DNA of 64,000 nucleotides from Takakia lepidozioides (lineage: Eukaryota; Plantae; Bryophyta): contig CM060731.1 in assembly GCA_030704615.1 (NCBI GenBank), positions 80,848,001 to 80,912,000 on the forward strand, in the 5' to 3' direction. A program made the translations under genes and the position numbers. Of this stretch, positions 1-11,535 are shown one piece after another (position 1 is the stretch's first letter; each line of letters starts with the position of its first letter). Below the pieces are notes generated by a model that worked only from the letters and a program-made list of their open reading frames with translations, did no database searches and had not been told where the DNA came from.

Positions 1-1137
1 ACACACTAGCCAACCATACCATGCATCACCATTCCAAACAAAATAGGACGCACAACATTTGGAAACCATTTCATTTATAACAAAATTTGTACAATACAAG
101 TTTTTGCAATCGGATTCCTGAGCTAGCTAAGCCGGGCTAAGCATGCATTTCCTCCCCCACGATCCAAGGTTGATGTCCCCATCAACGCTTCTTCCGCTTT
201 TGAGGTCGCCCTTCGAAAGCTGCAACCGCCTCGGATGCATTTCCCATTTCTGAGGCACGCACCCAAGATGCCTCCACATGATGATAGCCCTTCCATTTCA
301 CGACGTACTCCGTTTCTCGATTCTTGAACCTCCTCGACTTAAGCACTGCCTCCACCTCGTACTCAGGTTCATTTTCATGATCCAACAGCACAGGTGGCGG
401 ACGCAACACTTGATGCCGATTCGGACGCACTTTATCTTTGAAGTAAGGCTTCAAAAAGGAGACGTGGAATACTGGATGCACCTTGCTGTTTGCCGGCAGC
501 TCCAATTCATACACATCCTCATTCATAACCTTCCGGATGCGAAAGGATCCCGCATACGGAGGTACAAACTTCGGACTCACTTCCAGAGGTAGTCGGAAAT
601 TCTTGATGTTCAATCAGACATTCGTGCCTACCACAAACTTAACTTCCCTCCGCTTCCGATTCGTTTGCCGTTCATACCGTTTCCTAGCTTTGGCAATGTT
701 GTACTTTGCGAGCTTCAACAAACGCTCGCGTTCTTCCAGCACCGCTGCTGCTGCTGCCGGTTCTTCAACGTCTTGGGCGGCCCAACTTGTCGGCACGAGA
801 GGTGCTTTTCCATAGATCAATATGAAAGGGGAAACTTCCGTTGCGGAGTATCTTGTGTTATTATAACAGAACTCTGCCGCGTCCAAGTGCTCCACCCAGT
901 CCGATTGGTCTGCCGCCACGTAATTTCGCAAGATCTGCTTCACCACGGAATTCACTCTTTCCGTTTGGCCGTCCGTCGTAGGTCGGAAGGTGGTGCTCAT
1001 CTTGAGCCTCGTCCCCATTTTCTTCCAGAGTGCCCTCCAAAATTTACTTGTAAACTTTGGATCGCGATCCGAGACAATATCCTTCGGGAGTCCATGATGC
1101 TTGAAGACGTGGGCGAAGTAAAGTCGCCCCGTCTCCT
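1..1137 (-). mobile_element. 3' fragment of a chromovirus (Ty3/gypsy) LTR retrotransposon: integrase core, GPY/F motif, chromodomain, PPT and start of the 3' LTR
   Basis: Minus strand reads HGLPKDIVSDRDPKFTS..TDGQTERVN (rve core), KFVPPYAGSFRI..HPVFHVSFLKPY and chromodomain EYEVEAVLKSR..YVVKWKGY..ASW. There is one in-frame stop at 614-616. The purine tract GGGGGAGGAAA (158-148) is followed by TG at 147, and the LTR runs off the window. The 5' side is truncated near 1137. Confidence 0.9.
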
Positions 1138-1790
1138 ATGGGGGTAACCAAGGAACGAATTGTTGGCTACCTGACGTAGCCCTGGCAGCCCGGTCCTGTT
1201 CCACTTGAAAGAGCACAACCTGGTCAAAAAAATCTTTTACAACTTTTTTTTCCTCATCAGGTACATCCATACAGCCCAGAATTGGGTGATTACTCACTGA
1301 GGGTACAAAATCCTTTTCAATAGTGGTCGAAGATTTTTGTGTAGGTACAGGTAGGGCATCTTCATTGTTAGCCCTCCTAAGGGCCTCTTCAATAGAGGAG
1401 CCCTTCTTTTCCCTAGCACTAACCTCAATAGCATCATCATCCAAAATCTCCATCAACTTAGAATGGTATCTCTGGATTTTTTCCAGCCACTTCCCATTCT
1501 TGTTTGCTGAAATGCCAAGAGCAACCCAATCATCCAAAGCTAAGGTCTCAAGTAGAAAGACAGGCCGGTTATCACCGGCGTCTTCAATAGTTTCATATTC
1601 CAGCTTTTGTAAGGTGGCATGGAAGTCACCTGGTTTAATCTATGCAAGTGTAGCTTGCACTGCTGGAATTGGAGGCGGTAGGGGCAGCTGATATCCGAGG
1701 GCCTTAAGCTCATCCTTCCATTCAAGCACAGCCTTGTTGGCTTTCTGCCAGGTCAGCCAAAAAACCATGTCAGTATGATACCATGATGAA
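1138..1790 (-). pseudogene. Unidentified degraded coding fragment, probably TE-derived
   Basis: ORFs 1136-1537, 1540-1725 and 1640-1876 look like one broken helical protein (WLTWQKANKAVLEWKDELKALG..WLEKIQRYHSKL). No family recognised. Confidence 0.25.
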
Positions 1791-1861
1791 TCAGAATCAA
1801 GAAAAGAAGATGGTAGATAGTGTGTACAAACACCACTAAGTACACTAGAAAAGGAAGAGAG

Positions 1862-2432
1862 TGGGAAGATATTCATGTCATGTCAAGACATGGACAAGAC
1901 CCTACTAGGGTCATTGTCAATTAAAGACATAAACAACCCAAAACAGGGCACCATCTAACATTTCCATTCTTGTCATAGCTTCCCAATAGACATCACCCAA
2001 TCATTCATGATAAAACAGGGTGGGAGGGCGGGGTTTGTTCTTGTGTGGGACAAGATAAGATATTGTCGCCTATATGCAAGCTACAAGGCATCTTGGTTCA
2101 GCCTGCTCACATACCTTACCAGCAGGTCATGTATTGAAGGAGCACAAAGTGCTGAGGTCATGCAAAGGGCAAGGTACCATGGTGCCCTATTACAATTTCA
2201 AGACACGTTTTCAAACATACATCTTGGGCATGACACACAGGTTGCAGCATCTTAACTTATCAGCCTTTAACTACAACAGGTCATGCATCAACCAAGGCAT
2301 AAGGACTAGCTTGCAATTTTTCAGAATCAAAACATGTCTCCAAGCAATCCTACTTGGCCATGATGAAATAGATTCCATACCATTTGTACTCACCCCGAGA
2401 CATGTAATCATACAAGGTGTCAAGGGAATGTG
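1862..2432 (-). repeat. Displaced right-hand part of the second copy of the 2.6-kb TIR repeat
   Basis: Reverse complement aligns to about 16990-17570. This is exactly the part missing from the copy at 17860-19622. Confidence 0.85.
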
Positions 2433-2616
2433 TGTCAAGTTATTTTACCACTAGTGTGAAACTAACTAGGAAATGGCTAGCTTTTACATATTGACATTTG
2501 GGATTGGCCCAAGTGTCAATCCAGGGGTCAAGGCAGATTTAGGCCCTGGAGTGACTATCTTCACGGCAAGCGCGGGAGGCTTATCTTTCTCGAGTTGAGC
2601 CTCACCGCGCCTAGCT
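2433..2616 (+). mobile_element. 5' terminus of DNMT-gypsy copy 1: first 184 bp of repeat B
   Basis: Starts TGTCAAGTTATTTTACC and matches the reverse complement of 13376-13193 and 60913-60730. It is preceded by TGTG (2429-2432), the TSD partner of 19619-19622. Confidence 0.85.
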
Positions 2617-2859
2617 GCTCTCTCTCTCTCTCTCTCTTTACTTTCGAGTTCTAAAGCATCTATTTTGACTCTCACCTGTCTAAGGCCGGTTATGAAATTT
2701 TGAATGAAGTACTGCTACTGAGAAGCCATGTCACATTCAGCAGCCTTCATTTTCCCATTGAACTTGCAGTTCATTGCGAGCATACAGTCAACGAGTCCAG
2801 TTGGTCAGGTTTCTCACATGGTGAAGGTTCAATCCTCAGGTCGGTAAGAGTGCAAGGGC

Positions 2860-3340
2860 AACAGCCCCTTCCATGCCATGAAAGGCGTAAATAGTTATGG
2901 ATTGTGCATTTGCTGCAAATCACACCAACTATCAAACTCTTGGATAAAATCATCCAACTCGATGGTGCCCACCGCCCCAGAGTACCTTCGTGGCCCCTTG
3001 GTAGCTCTATACATCTCCTCCATTGTGTCCCACAACAATGGCAAGGAAGCAACTTGCACCGCCGGTGTGAGTCCTCCTGATTCACAATCCGAATCAGAAC
3101 CTTCCGTAGAAGACACAGGAGGTGAAGGTGGCCTAAACCGCACACCTCGTCTCGTGTACCCACTGGTATCGCTAGTGCTCGAATCGGCACTCTCCCCAGC
3201 AACTAGTGGCACCTTCGTGTTGATAAACTGTCACTCAACCGGTCATGAACATGTCCCTAACCTCCTCTCCACAAGGTAACCGGGTAGAGAACCTGTTGCG
3301 GGTTATGGTTTGGAATACTGGGTTCCTAACATAGCCTACA
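2860..3340 (-). pseudogene. N-terminal part of gag of DNMT-gypsy copy 1 (inverted segment)
   Basis: ORF 2895-3212 (..PRRYSGAVGTIELDDFIQEFDSWCDLQQMHNP) continues *LFTPFMAWKGL. It lies downstream of B and the 5' leader on the - strand. The upstream boundary is approximate. Confidence 0.6.
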
Positions 3341-3889
3341 CCTGCACCTGCATCCACCGCAAGCACTCCTATGGTTGGCTGGTCATCACCTCTAACCTCA
3401 CCACAGGAGAAACAATGATGGTCTGACTGGTTATCACCCCAGCCTCACCATCGACAGCATGCTCTAGGACTGGCCAGTGATCAAATCTGGACCAATTACC
3501 TATAAAAACAAGCGCCCACACAAAACTAATATGGCGCACAGTCAAGCATGCAGGTATGGAGGGGATCCAAACACAAGAAATCAGAACGACAACTCCCCCA
3601 CACCAAAAACAACTCCACGGTGTTGCTCTTGCAAGGACACCCCGGCCCAAACCCGGACTGACTCTTGCCTCCACCTACGGAAAGGTCTTGGCCTAATGAG
3701 AGGGTGGAAAACTACGAGGAAAAGAAGCTAAAGCAATGCCTAACCCCAGCATGCCCTCATCCCAACACTCTTCCTCTCCTCTCTTCCATCACTTGCATGA
3801 CCATGGGAATATCATGAAGATACTCCTCAAACCGCCCTCCACGAGCGTCAAAATTCGGCCTTCAAGACCACATGTCAGTCCTTAGGCAG

Positions 3890-4305
3890 TCCACCAGTGC
3901 CTCCACGGGTCAACACAAGCCGTCCACAGGTCAACACGGGCCACCAAAGACCAGCACAGGCCCACACATATCACTGGTCACAGCCATCACAGCCCCACAC
4001 AGGCCGCAACCCTACAGACCATCACAGCCCCAAAGGCCACAAGTCACAGCCTGTCACAACCCTACGCAGGTCACAGGATCACAGCCCCACAGGCCACAGC
4101 CTGTCACAGCCCCTCACAGCCCCACAAGCCACAGGCACAGCCTGTCACAGCCCTACACAGGTCACAAGGGTCACAGCCACAAAGGCCACAGCCTGTCACA
4201 GCCTATCACAGCCCCACAGGCCACAGGGCACAACCCATCACAGCCTGTCACAGCTCGTCACAACCCATCACAGCCCCACAGGGCACAGCCTGTCACAGCC
4301 CCATC
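3890..4305. repeat. Degenerate (T)CACAG(CC) minisatellite in the retrotransposon 5' leader
   Basis: Many CACAG/TCACAGCC units with higher-order units such as CACAGCCTGTCACAGCCC. Confidence 0.85.
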
Positions 4306-4329
4306 CATGGCCACTCATGGCAGTTTAGC

Positions 4330-5986
4330 CATTTCTCCAAGGGGTTTAGCCATGCTAAGCTAGGGTTTGTGTCTCTTGGACTTTAGGCTTCTTTGCACCG
4401 AGCTATGGCGGCTGTGAGGAGATCAGCAAGATATTCTTGCTCTTTATGGCCCCCACACACCACCAATAGTAGCTCTAATTCCAAATGAAGATGTTTGCAA
4501 CCGAAACTAAGTGCACAGACTTCCTTTTAACTCACAAAACAATGCCATTGATCCCTATGGCGACTAACCAAACATGGCTGACTTCCAGCCCTTGTAGGCA
4601 CTCATTCACGTGTTTTCTTGACCATAGCATGCCCTTCGCACCTAATCCAGCCCCTACACCTGCTGCTTCAAGAGTTGTGCTCCCTTCAAGCTTGAAATTG
4701 AAACCCCAACTCACATAGGCCCTACAAGTGCTTTTATTTCACCCCAAGTGGAAACCAGCCCTAGCCCTTCCGTTCTAGCTCTCTAAAGTTGAAAACAAGA
4801 GCCTCAATGGGCTGAAGGCATGCTCCACACATGCCCCACTCTCACCATAAGAGAATCAGCTCTTTTGCTTCATTTCTTACACCCACAAACCTGAAAATAC
4901 AAGCTTCAGCGGGCTGAAAGCATGCTCCACACATGCCCTATAGGGAAACCAGCCCCTTCCTTCCTTTCTTGCACTCCCAAACCTGAAAGTACAAGCCTTC
5001 AATAGGCTGAAAGCATGCTCCATACATGCATTGCCCTCATATAAGGGAAGTCAGCCCTTCCCTCTTCCTTGCTTGCCCTCCAAGCTTGAAGATGGAAGCT
5101 TCAATGAACTGAATACATGCTCCACACATGCAACCCCTTCACACAAGAGGTATCAGCCCCCTATCTTGGCCCCTTGGCTCCTTGATGCTCTCTAAGACAA
5201 GACTAAGCACTCCACAACCTTTGCCAAGCTTCTGAAACCCTAAGGCTTACATTTCCAGCCACAAGACACTCCTCTTGTGGTGCAAGAGCTCTTCTTCCAA
5301 GCTCTGAAACCCTAGGTGCACATTCCATGGCCTTGCCGACCTCTTAGCTCCTATTCCAGCCCTGCTCTTGCCATGACAAGAGCCCTCTCAATGCTGAAGC
5401 TCGAGATTGAAACCCAATCTCAACATAATCCACAAAATGCACTGATTTGCCCCAAGCCAAATCAGCCCTTTCGCTTGGTCTTGCAATCCTTCACACAATG
5501 AAAGCTCGCATTCCCAAGTCCAGTTCTCAGCTTTGCCACCAAAGCCACTCTAACCTGCTCTTGACTGGTTCTCTTCCCAATCGTGCTTGCTCATGCATGT
5601 ACACAATCTGAAACCATCAAGGTGCTCTGGAATTACCTGCAGCATGGTGCTTTTTCTCTCTGAAGCTGAAGATCAAATGCCAAGGTCTACCACCTCGTAA
5701 CCCACATTGCCTCCGCTTCTAACAACCAAGAGCTCCACGGTGCTCCTTGCATAACAACCCGGTTTCTCTCATTCTCAAGCAAAAACCACAAGTGCTACAA
5801 CTAACTCGTATCTGGCACTCACAGATACGAGCTCATATTTCTCGAGTGATAAAGAAGAAGAATACAAGCACAAGCTCATGCGAGCTCACAAAGCTGAAGC
5901 ATAAACTCATGCATATATAAACTCATCACTCAAATACAAGTCAAGCCAAGTGTACCCCACGCCATGGGGAATCCACACTACGGCGC
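4330..5986 (-). mobile_element. Inverted segment of copy 1: remainder of repeat B (5986-5847), self-complementary PBS (5846-5831) and 5' leader
   Basis: Direct repeat of 11534-13186. The stretch 5986-5847 continues B from the point where 2433-2616 stops, with only about 3 bp missing. Confidence 0.85.
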
Positions 5987-7150
5987 TACCATGAGTTCAG
6001 GCGGGGGCATGAGGTTGAGATCAAGGAATGGAGGATGTACTGGTCACCCGACTATGTCTCCATCACTAGGGGCACTAGAGCCACGAGGGCATTGGCTACA
6101 CCTGCCGCTGCACCGGCAGCTTCAGCAAACAGCAGTGGCACTAGTGGGACTGGTGGTACAGTAACTACGACGTCCACCCAAGCCACTACCGCACTAGCAC
6201 TAGTACCCGTGCCTGCCTTCAACCTTGTTGTGGAGTTCTTCGAAGAGTTAAGAAGGAACAACCAAGGGGTGAGGACAGAGAAGTTGCCGAGCTTGCAAGA
6301 GTTCCAACGGAAGCCTACTTGAGGGAGGCTTTCACTCGCATGAGGCGCTTGATAAATGTAACCCAAGGGGTTACGGAAGCTCAGGCAGTCCAATTCTGGT
6401 ATGGGATATTGGACAAGGAGCTGAGGAGAAGGGTGCGGGATGCAACTCTCCTACAAGCGGCCCAACCCACTTTAGCAAATGTGTTTTTGCTGGCAGAGCG
6501 GATAAAGCTCAACATGGTGGAGGAACGAGTGGTCATGGTGGGATTTGCTAAGGAGACACCACGGGGTAGTGGTGCTCCTAGCCAACCACTACCTCAACGT
6601 GCTCAAGGCAACAAGGGGGTTTAGGTGAAGCCTAGGGAAGGACAGAGAGGACTTCAGATGCAGGGGTCTCTCCCTTCATTTGCAGGCCAACAACGGGCGG
6701 AGGTGGTATGTTGGACATGTGGAGGACCCATGTAAAGAAGGATTGCCTAGAGGGAGGCAAAGGGTCGGCATTTGCACAGCCTGCACAGTTGCAGTGTGGG
6801 CATTGTGGCAAACACGGGCATGGAGAGGCCTAGTGTTATGGTTTGTATCCTGAGTTACGCCTAGGCCAGTTCCAAGGGAACAATGGTGGCCGGGGGCGAG
6901 GTGGGCAGCCCAGAGAGGACGAGGTGGCCAGGCACGAGGTGTAGGCCAAGGGCAAGCTCAACATGGCCAAGGACGCGGAGGTCAGGGTGTTGACCAAGGC
7001 ATAGCCAACCGGCTTTAGCAGCTAGAGCAGAGGCTCGCTGCCATGGCTACAGCTCAGGTGGTACCGGCTCCAAGGCCGGATGGTCCACCTCCTGCTCCTG
7101 AGGGAGGAGATATAGGAGGCATGAGATTCATGTGCGAAGTAGCACTACCA
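5987..7150 (+). pseudogene. C-terminal part of gag with two degenerate CCHC zinc knuckles (copy 1)
   Basis: EFFEELRRNNQG..LQEFQRKP..REAFTRMRRL..AVQFWYGILDKELRRRV. Knuckles are CWTCGG.HVKKDC (about 6709, frameshifted) and CGHCGKHGHGEA*C (about 6795), followed by a G/R-rich stretch. Several stops. Confidence 0.75.
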
Positions 7151-7298
7151 CTAGTTTACACTGGCAGCTACACTCTGTGAGAGTGGGGAGGTTACTTCAT
7201 CTTCTGCGGAGATAGTGGGAGGTGTAGTGCCGGAGGGATCCTCGGATTTGAGGGTCAAGACTGCCATGGCGGCACCATAGCAAGTTGCAGCTGCCAGG

Positions 7299-8030
7299 TT
7301 GATGGAGCTGCCAGCTAGGCCAGCCATTGAGCGCGCCATGGTGACACCTGGAGTTGTCATGTTAGACAATCAGGATGGCTTTTTTTTTTTAAGTGGACCG
7401 GCAGGTAAGAGGTACCGGCCACTACGGGTCTTGTTGGACTCGGGAGCTCAGCCATTGATGCTAGGCAGAGCTGCTATTGCAGGCTTGGGCCTCACGGAGG
7501 CGGATATGGAACCTTGTCCTTTCCAGATGCAAACGTCTCTAGGAGGATTGGAGCAGGCTCGGGGCATGACACGGCGTGAGTTGGCTATCAGACTACGGCC
7601 GGATCACCCTACAGATGGCTCAGTGATGCGAGCCAAGGCCATTGTGATAGACGCGGTCTCGTATGATGTCCTGGTTGGTGAGGCAGTGTTGTACCCCATG
7701 GGCTACACCTTGGATTTTTGGGAGGAGTCAACTTCCTATAGGCCTGGATGGCAATCAGGGGAGGGCCGGCGTGTGCAGCTCCCTGTGACGTTCATAGGAG
7801 GAGTTGCGGTTGCCCAGCGGGGCAAGATGCCGACACTAGCAGCATTCACAGCTGCAGTGACTTGGCTTGGAGAGTTGCTAGAGGGCAACGCTCATTCAGA
7901 GGATGACACACCTCTAGAAGAGCAGGATGACATGTATGGTATGGCGGAGTTGTCTGCCATGGTTGCTCAAACTCCATTGTGGGGCACGAGCAAGGATTTG
8001 CAGCGGGTTGTTGATCGACGGGTGCAATAA
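7299..8030 (+). pseudogene. Retrotransposon aspartic protease (copy 1)
   Basis: RVLLDSGAQPLML active-site motif and SYDVLVG C-terminal motif. Confidence 0.85.
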
Positions 8031-8150
8031 GCCTGGGTGGAGGCTTTTGTACCATCAGGAGAGGAGAAAAGTGCGGGGATTGCACCAAGACCACCTCAGT
8101 TGTCATCATTGGATACCACATCTATTGTGTGGCAGTATCCGGATGAAGGC

Positions 8151-9120
8151 ATTTGTCTTCTGGACTTGTTTGGCGGGATCAACACCGGATTGGCTGATGT
8201 GTTACAGGCAGGTGTACGAGTACGACGTTACCTGTATATGGAGAGGGATGAGACTGCATGACGCGTTTCACTTTGTCATGTTGCTCAGTTGGTGCAGCAG
8301 TACCCTGAGTTGTTGCCGGTGTCTGCAGTTCGTGGATATCAGCAGGCCTTGCCAGCAGACATTTCGTTGCTGGGGGCGCAGGATTTGGAGCGGGTTGGCT
8401 CCATTGATATGGTAGTGGCAGGTTGGCCCTGCCAAGGGCATTCATTAGCCGGGCATGGCAATGGATTGCGAGACTCGAGGTCGGGTCTGTTTTGGGAGAT
8501 GGTGCGGTTTTGCGCCACTTGCAGTTGCAGTTTCATCAAGCTGTATCTCCAGCATACATCTTGGAGAATATGCCACTGATGGGCGATTCTCGGGCCAGGG
8601 TGATGGCCAGTGTGTATCAAGTTCGGTCATGGCTTGGATCAGCAGTGTTGTTAGATGCAGCTACAGTGGGGTCACGGGCTCATCGTCCAAGGCTATGGTG
8701 GACTAACTTGATGTCACCCGCACTGCTCAAGCGTGCATTTGATGGGGTGCAGCGGCTAGCACACCTCACAGTGGATAGCATTTTGGACACAGGGAGGCAG
8801 TCTCAGCGTGTGAGACACGATGACCGTTCGCCTTTGGCAGTGGTCAACAAGGTGGGTCAACCACAAGCAGCATTACCTACACTGCTCAGCTTCCCAGGAT
8901 CGCATGCTTTCCGGGATAGTGGACCTAGCCTCCTGTGGGATGCTCAGTTGCAGCAGTTAGTGGAGCCTAATGCTGACGAGTGTGAGCGGGCAATGGATTT
9001 TACCACTGGTACCACGGCGGTGCCGTCTCTTTCTGAGGCATCACGTCGTCAGGTGTTAGGGCAAGCAATGGATCTCAATTGTTTGATCTGGATTATCAGC
9101 TTGGCTATGGCTGAGCAACG
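8151..9120 (+). pseudogene. DNMT3-like C5-cytosine DNA methyltransferase domain inside pol (copy 1)
   Basis: Motif I ICLLDLFGGINTG (8151), motif II YLYME, motif IV IDMVVAGWPCQGHS (PCQ 8427-8435), LFWEMVR, motif VI YILENM (8564), motif VIII LDAATVGSRAHRPRLWWTNL and motif X RRQVLGQAM (about 9045-9070). It starts in the protease frame and has one stop (8259) and one frameshift (about 8505). Confidence 0.92.
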
Positions 9121-9569
9121 TAGAGTGCGGAGTACACTTCCCTCGGTGGTCTCTCTGCCTTCCGAGACGGTACAGGCAGTGAGTGGGGGCAAGCATATGA
9201 GGACCACGGGGTGCAGGCATCCATGGCACACATGGGATGTGCTCGAGGTTCAGAGGGAGTTGGCAGCCAAGGTGGCGATGATGGATGAGGTTGGGGATTT
9301 TTCTCGGGTTGAGGAAGTCCTCAAGGATGAGATGATGGGGCAAGATGAGGCCTTGTCATTGACTGAGCAGGTAGGGAGTACTGCTCAAGAGGTTGCAATA
9401 TAGCAACCACTGGACGCGTCCTCTACCTCTAAGCCCACTGGACTTAAGGTTGCAGTTACGGAGGACAATTGGGAGTCTGACATTGGACGCATTGTCACCG
9501 GAGGAGAGAGATGACGTATACGGAGGTTCCTGAGGGCTTACAGGAATTGCTTTGCTTTCAGTTTGAAGA

Positions 9570-10380
9570 ACTTGGAGCACTGAAGGGTCAAGAGATTTGT
9601 ATTGAGTTGGCCACTAACACGCCAATCTTTCAGAGACCCTATAGATACAGTGACATGGAGAGGTCTTTGATTCAGATGAGGACTCAAGATCTCTGGGAGG
9701 CTGGTTTGGTGGAGCTCTCTGTGGAGAGTATGCTTCAGCCACAGTGATGCCAGCCAAGAGGGATGTCTATGGCAACTGGACGGAGAGACGTATGTGCAGT
9801 GATTACCGGCCTGTAAATCGTCAGACCAAGTCCGATAAGTATGCCATGCCAACACCAGAGGAGATCTTTGATGCCATCGGGCATGCTAAGGTCTTCAGCA
9901 CTTTGGATTTACGATCCGGATATCACCAGTTGCCAATCAAGGAGGCGGACAAACAGAAGATGGCATTATGGGGGATCAATGAGCATGGCAAGGATTGCCT
10001 ATATCAGTGGCGATTTTTACCATTTGGGCTTAAGAATGCTCCTGCAGAGTTTCAAAGAGTCATGGACAGGATTCTAGCAGGGGTGGACTTTGCTCAGTGC
10101 TACATAGATGACATCATCATCTTTAGTACTACGGTGGAGGAGCATGAGAGACACTTTCAGGTGGTATTGGAGCGCTTGAGAGCGCACGGATTGAAGTTGC
10201 ATCCGGGGAAGTGCAAGTTTTTCCACAACCAGATTGAGTATCTGGGTCACATGATATATCCTGGAGGATTGGGGGTACAGCAGACTAAGGTAGAGGCCAT
10301 TACACAAATTCCACGCCCCACAGATGTGAGCCGAGTTCGAGCTTTCATGGGGTTGGCAAACTATTATAGACGGTTTGTCA
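9570..10380 (+). pseudogene. Ty3/gypsy reverse transcriptase (copy 1)
   Basis: PIFQRPYRYS, RMCSDYRPVN, FSTLDLRSGYHQ, LPFGLKNAP, CYIDDII, YLGH, FMGLANYYRRFV. Confidence 0.95.
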
Positions 10381-10730
10381 TACGGATTGGAGCATGATGG
10401 GGCTTGGAGCGATGCTCACACAGGTGGATGATGAGGGAAGAGAGTTCATAGTGGCTTATGCTAGCCACTCGAACAACGCTGCAGAGGCTAAGTACAGCTC
10501 ATATGAAGGAGAATGCTTAGCTGCAGTGTGGGCCATGGCACACTTCAGGTGCTATCTATATGGCAATCTCTTTACCCTTGTCACGGATCACCAGCCACTC
10601 AAGTGGTTGATGGAGTCAGATAAGCTTACGGGGAAGCTTGCACGGTGGGCATTCATACTCCAGGAGTATGACTTTCAAGTTGTGCATTGACCGGGTTTGG
10701 TCAATCGGGATGTGGATGGATTGAGTCGCA
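10381..10730 (+). pseudogene. RNase H (copy 1)
   Basis: TDWS..GLGAML, YSSYEGECLAAVWA, VTDHQPLKWL, LARW..LQEYDF, NRDVDGLSR. The RT-RH connector is partly deleted at about 10380. Confidence 0.9.
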
Positions 10731-11089
10731 ATCCATGCATGAGCCAGCAAGATGACACTGGAGCTCGGTGGCATGGTGAGACGGACGAGGAGGAGATGCC
10801 GGGATGGCACGCATCTGCATTTTTGTGTATCTTGGCATCGGGAGGTCAGGTTGGACCTACAACAGGGATGACTGTAGATGGAGTGTCTGAGGACCCTGAG
10901 GCTAATGATGAGCCAGGTGGTGCCAGAGATATATATGAGGATTCGGTTGTGTTGGATTACCTCCGCACGGGAGACACGGTAGCCACTGTGACTGCCAGGG
11001 AGAGGGATCGGATCCTGCAACGAGCCAAGAGGTTCAAGTGGGAGGGGATACACCTGCTTCGAGTGTGGGAGGATGGTCGGGTGAGGATC

Positions 11090-11535
11090 GTGCCTCACCC
11101 AACACAGCGTGCACGGTTAGTGCGGCATGCCCATGAGGAGTTGGGGCATTTTGGAGTGCGACGCACTCACATCTCCAAGTGGATTGAGTTGGTTCCATTG
11201 CCTGACAAGGCTAGTGAGGGGGTTGCATATGCATTCTTAATGGATCGATTGCTTAGCCGATTCGGTGCTCCAGCTGAGGTGCTCATGGACCAAGGGAGAG
11301 AGTTCTTGGGGGAGTTTCAGGCTTTGTATGATAAAGCCTTGATAGACCACCGCACCACTTCTCGGGATCATCCTGAGGCCGATGGCTTGGCAGAGAGAGT
11401 TGTTCAGACGGTGAAGAGGGGTTTGCGCAAGTATGGCTTGCAGAACGGACACCTAGGAGATTGGGATCTTCAGGTGCCTTGGTTAGCCATGGACTACAGG
11501 TTCAGCAAACAATCATCACTTGTCTCCTTCTCACC
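11090..11535 (+). pseudogene. Integrase, internally deleted and 3'-truncated (copy 1)
   Basis: HAHEELGHFG, RFGAPAEVLMDQGREF, HPEADGLAERVVQTVK. It lacks about 240 bp at 11168 that copy 3 retains (62340-62575) and is cut at SFSP. Confidence 0.9.

Noticed and set aside
3872-4363. S/T/P/H/Q-rich ORFs
   Set aside because: They are translations of the CACAG minisatellite on the non-coding strand of the leader.
8151-9120. Host DNMT gene or bacterial restriction-modification contamination
   Set aside because: The domain is intronless, in frame with the retrotransposon protease, repeated at the same position in a second copy, and has no restriction gene nearby.
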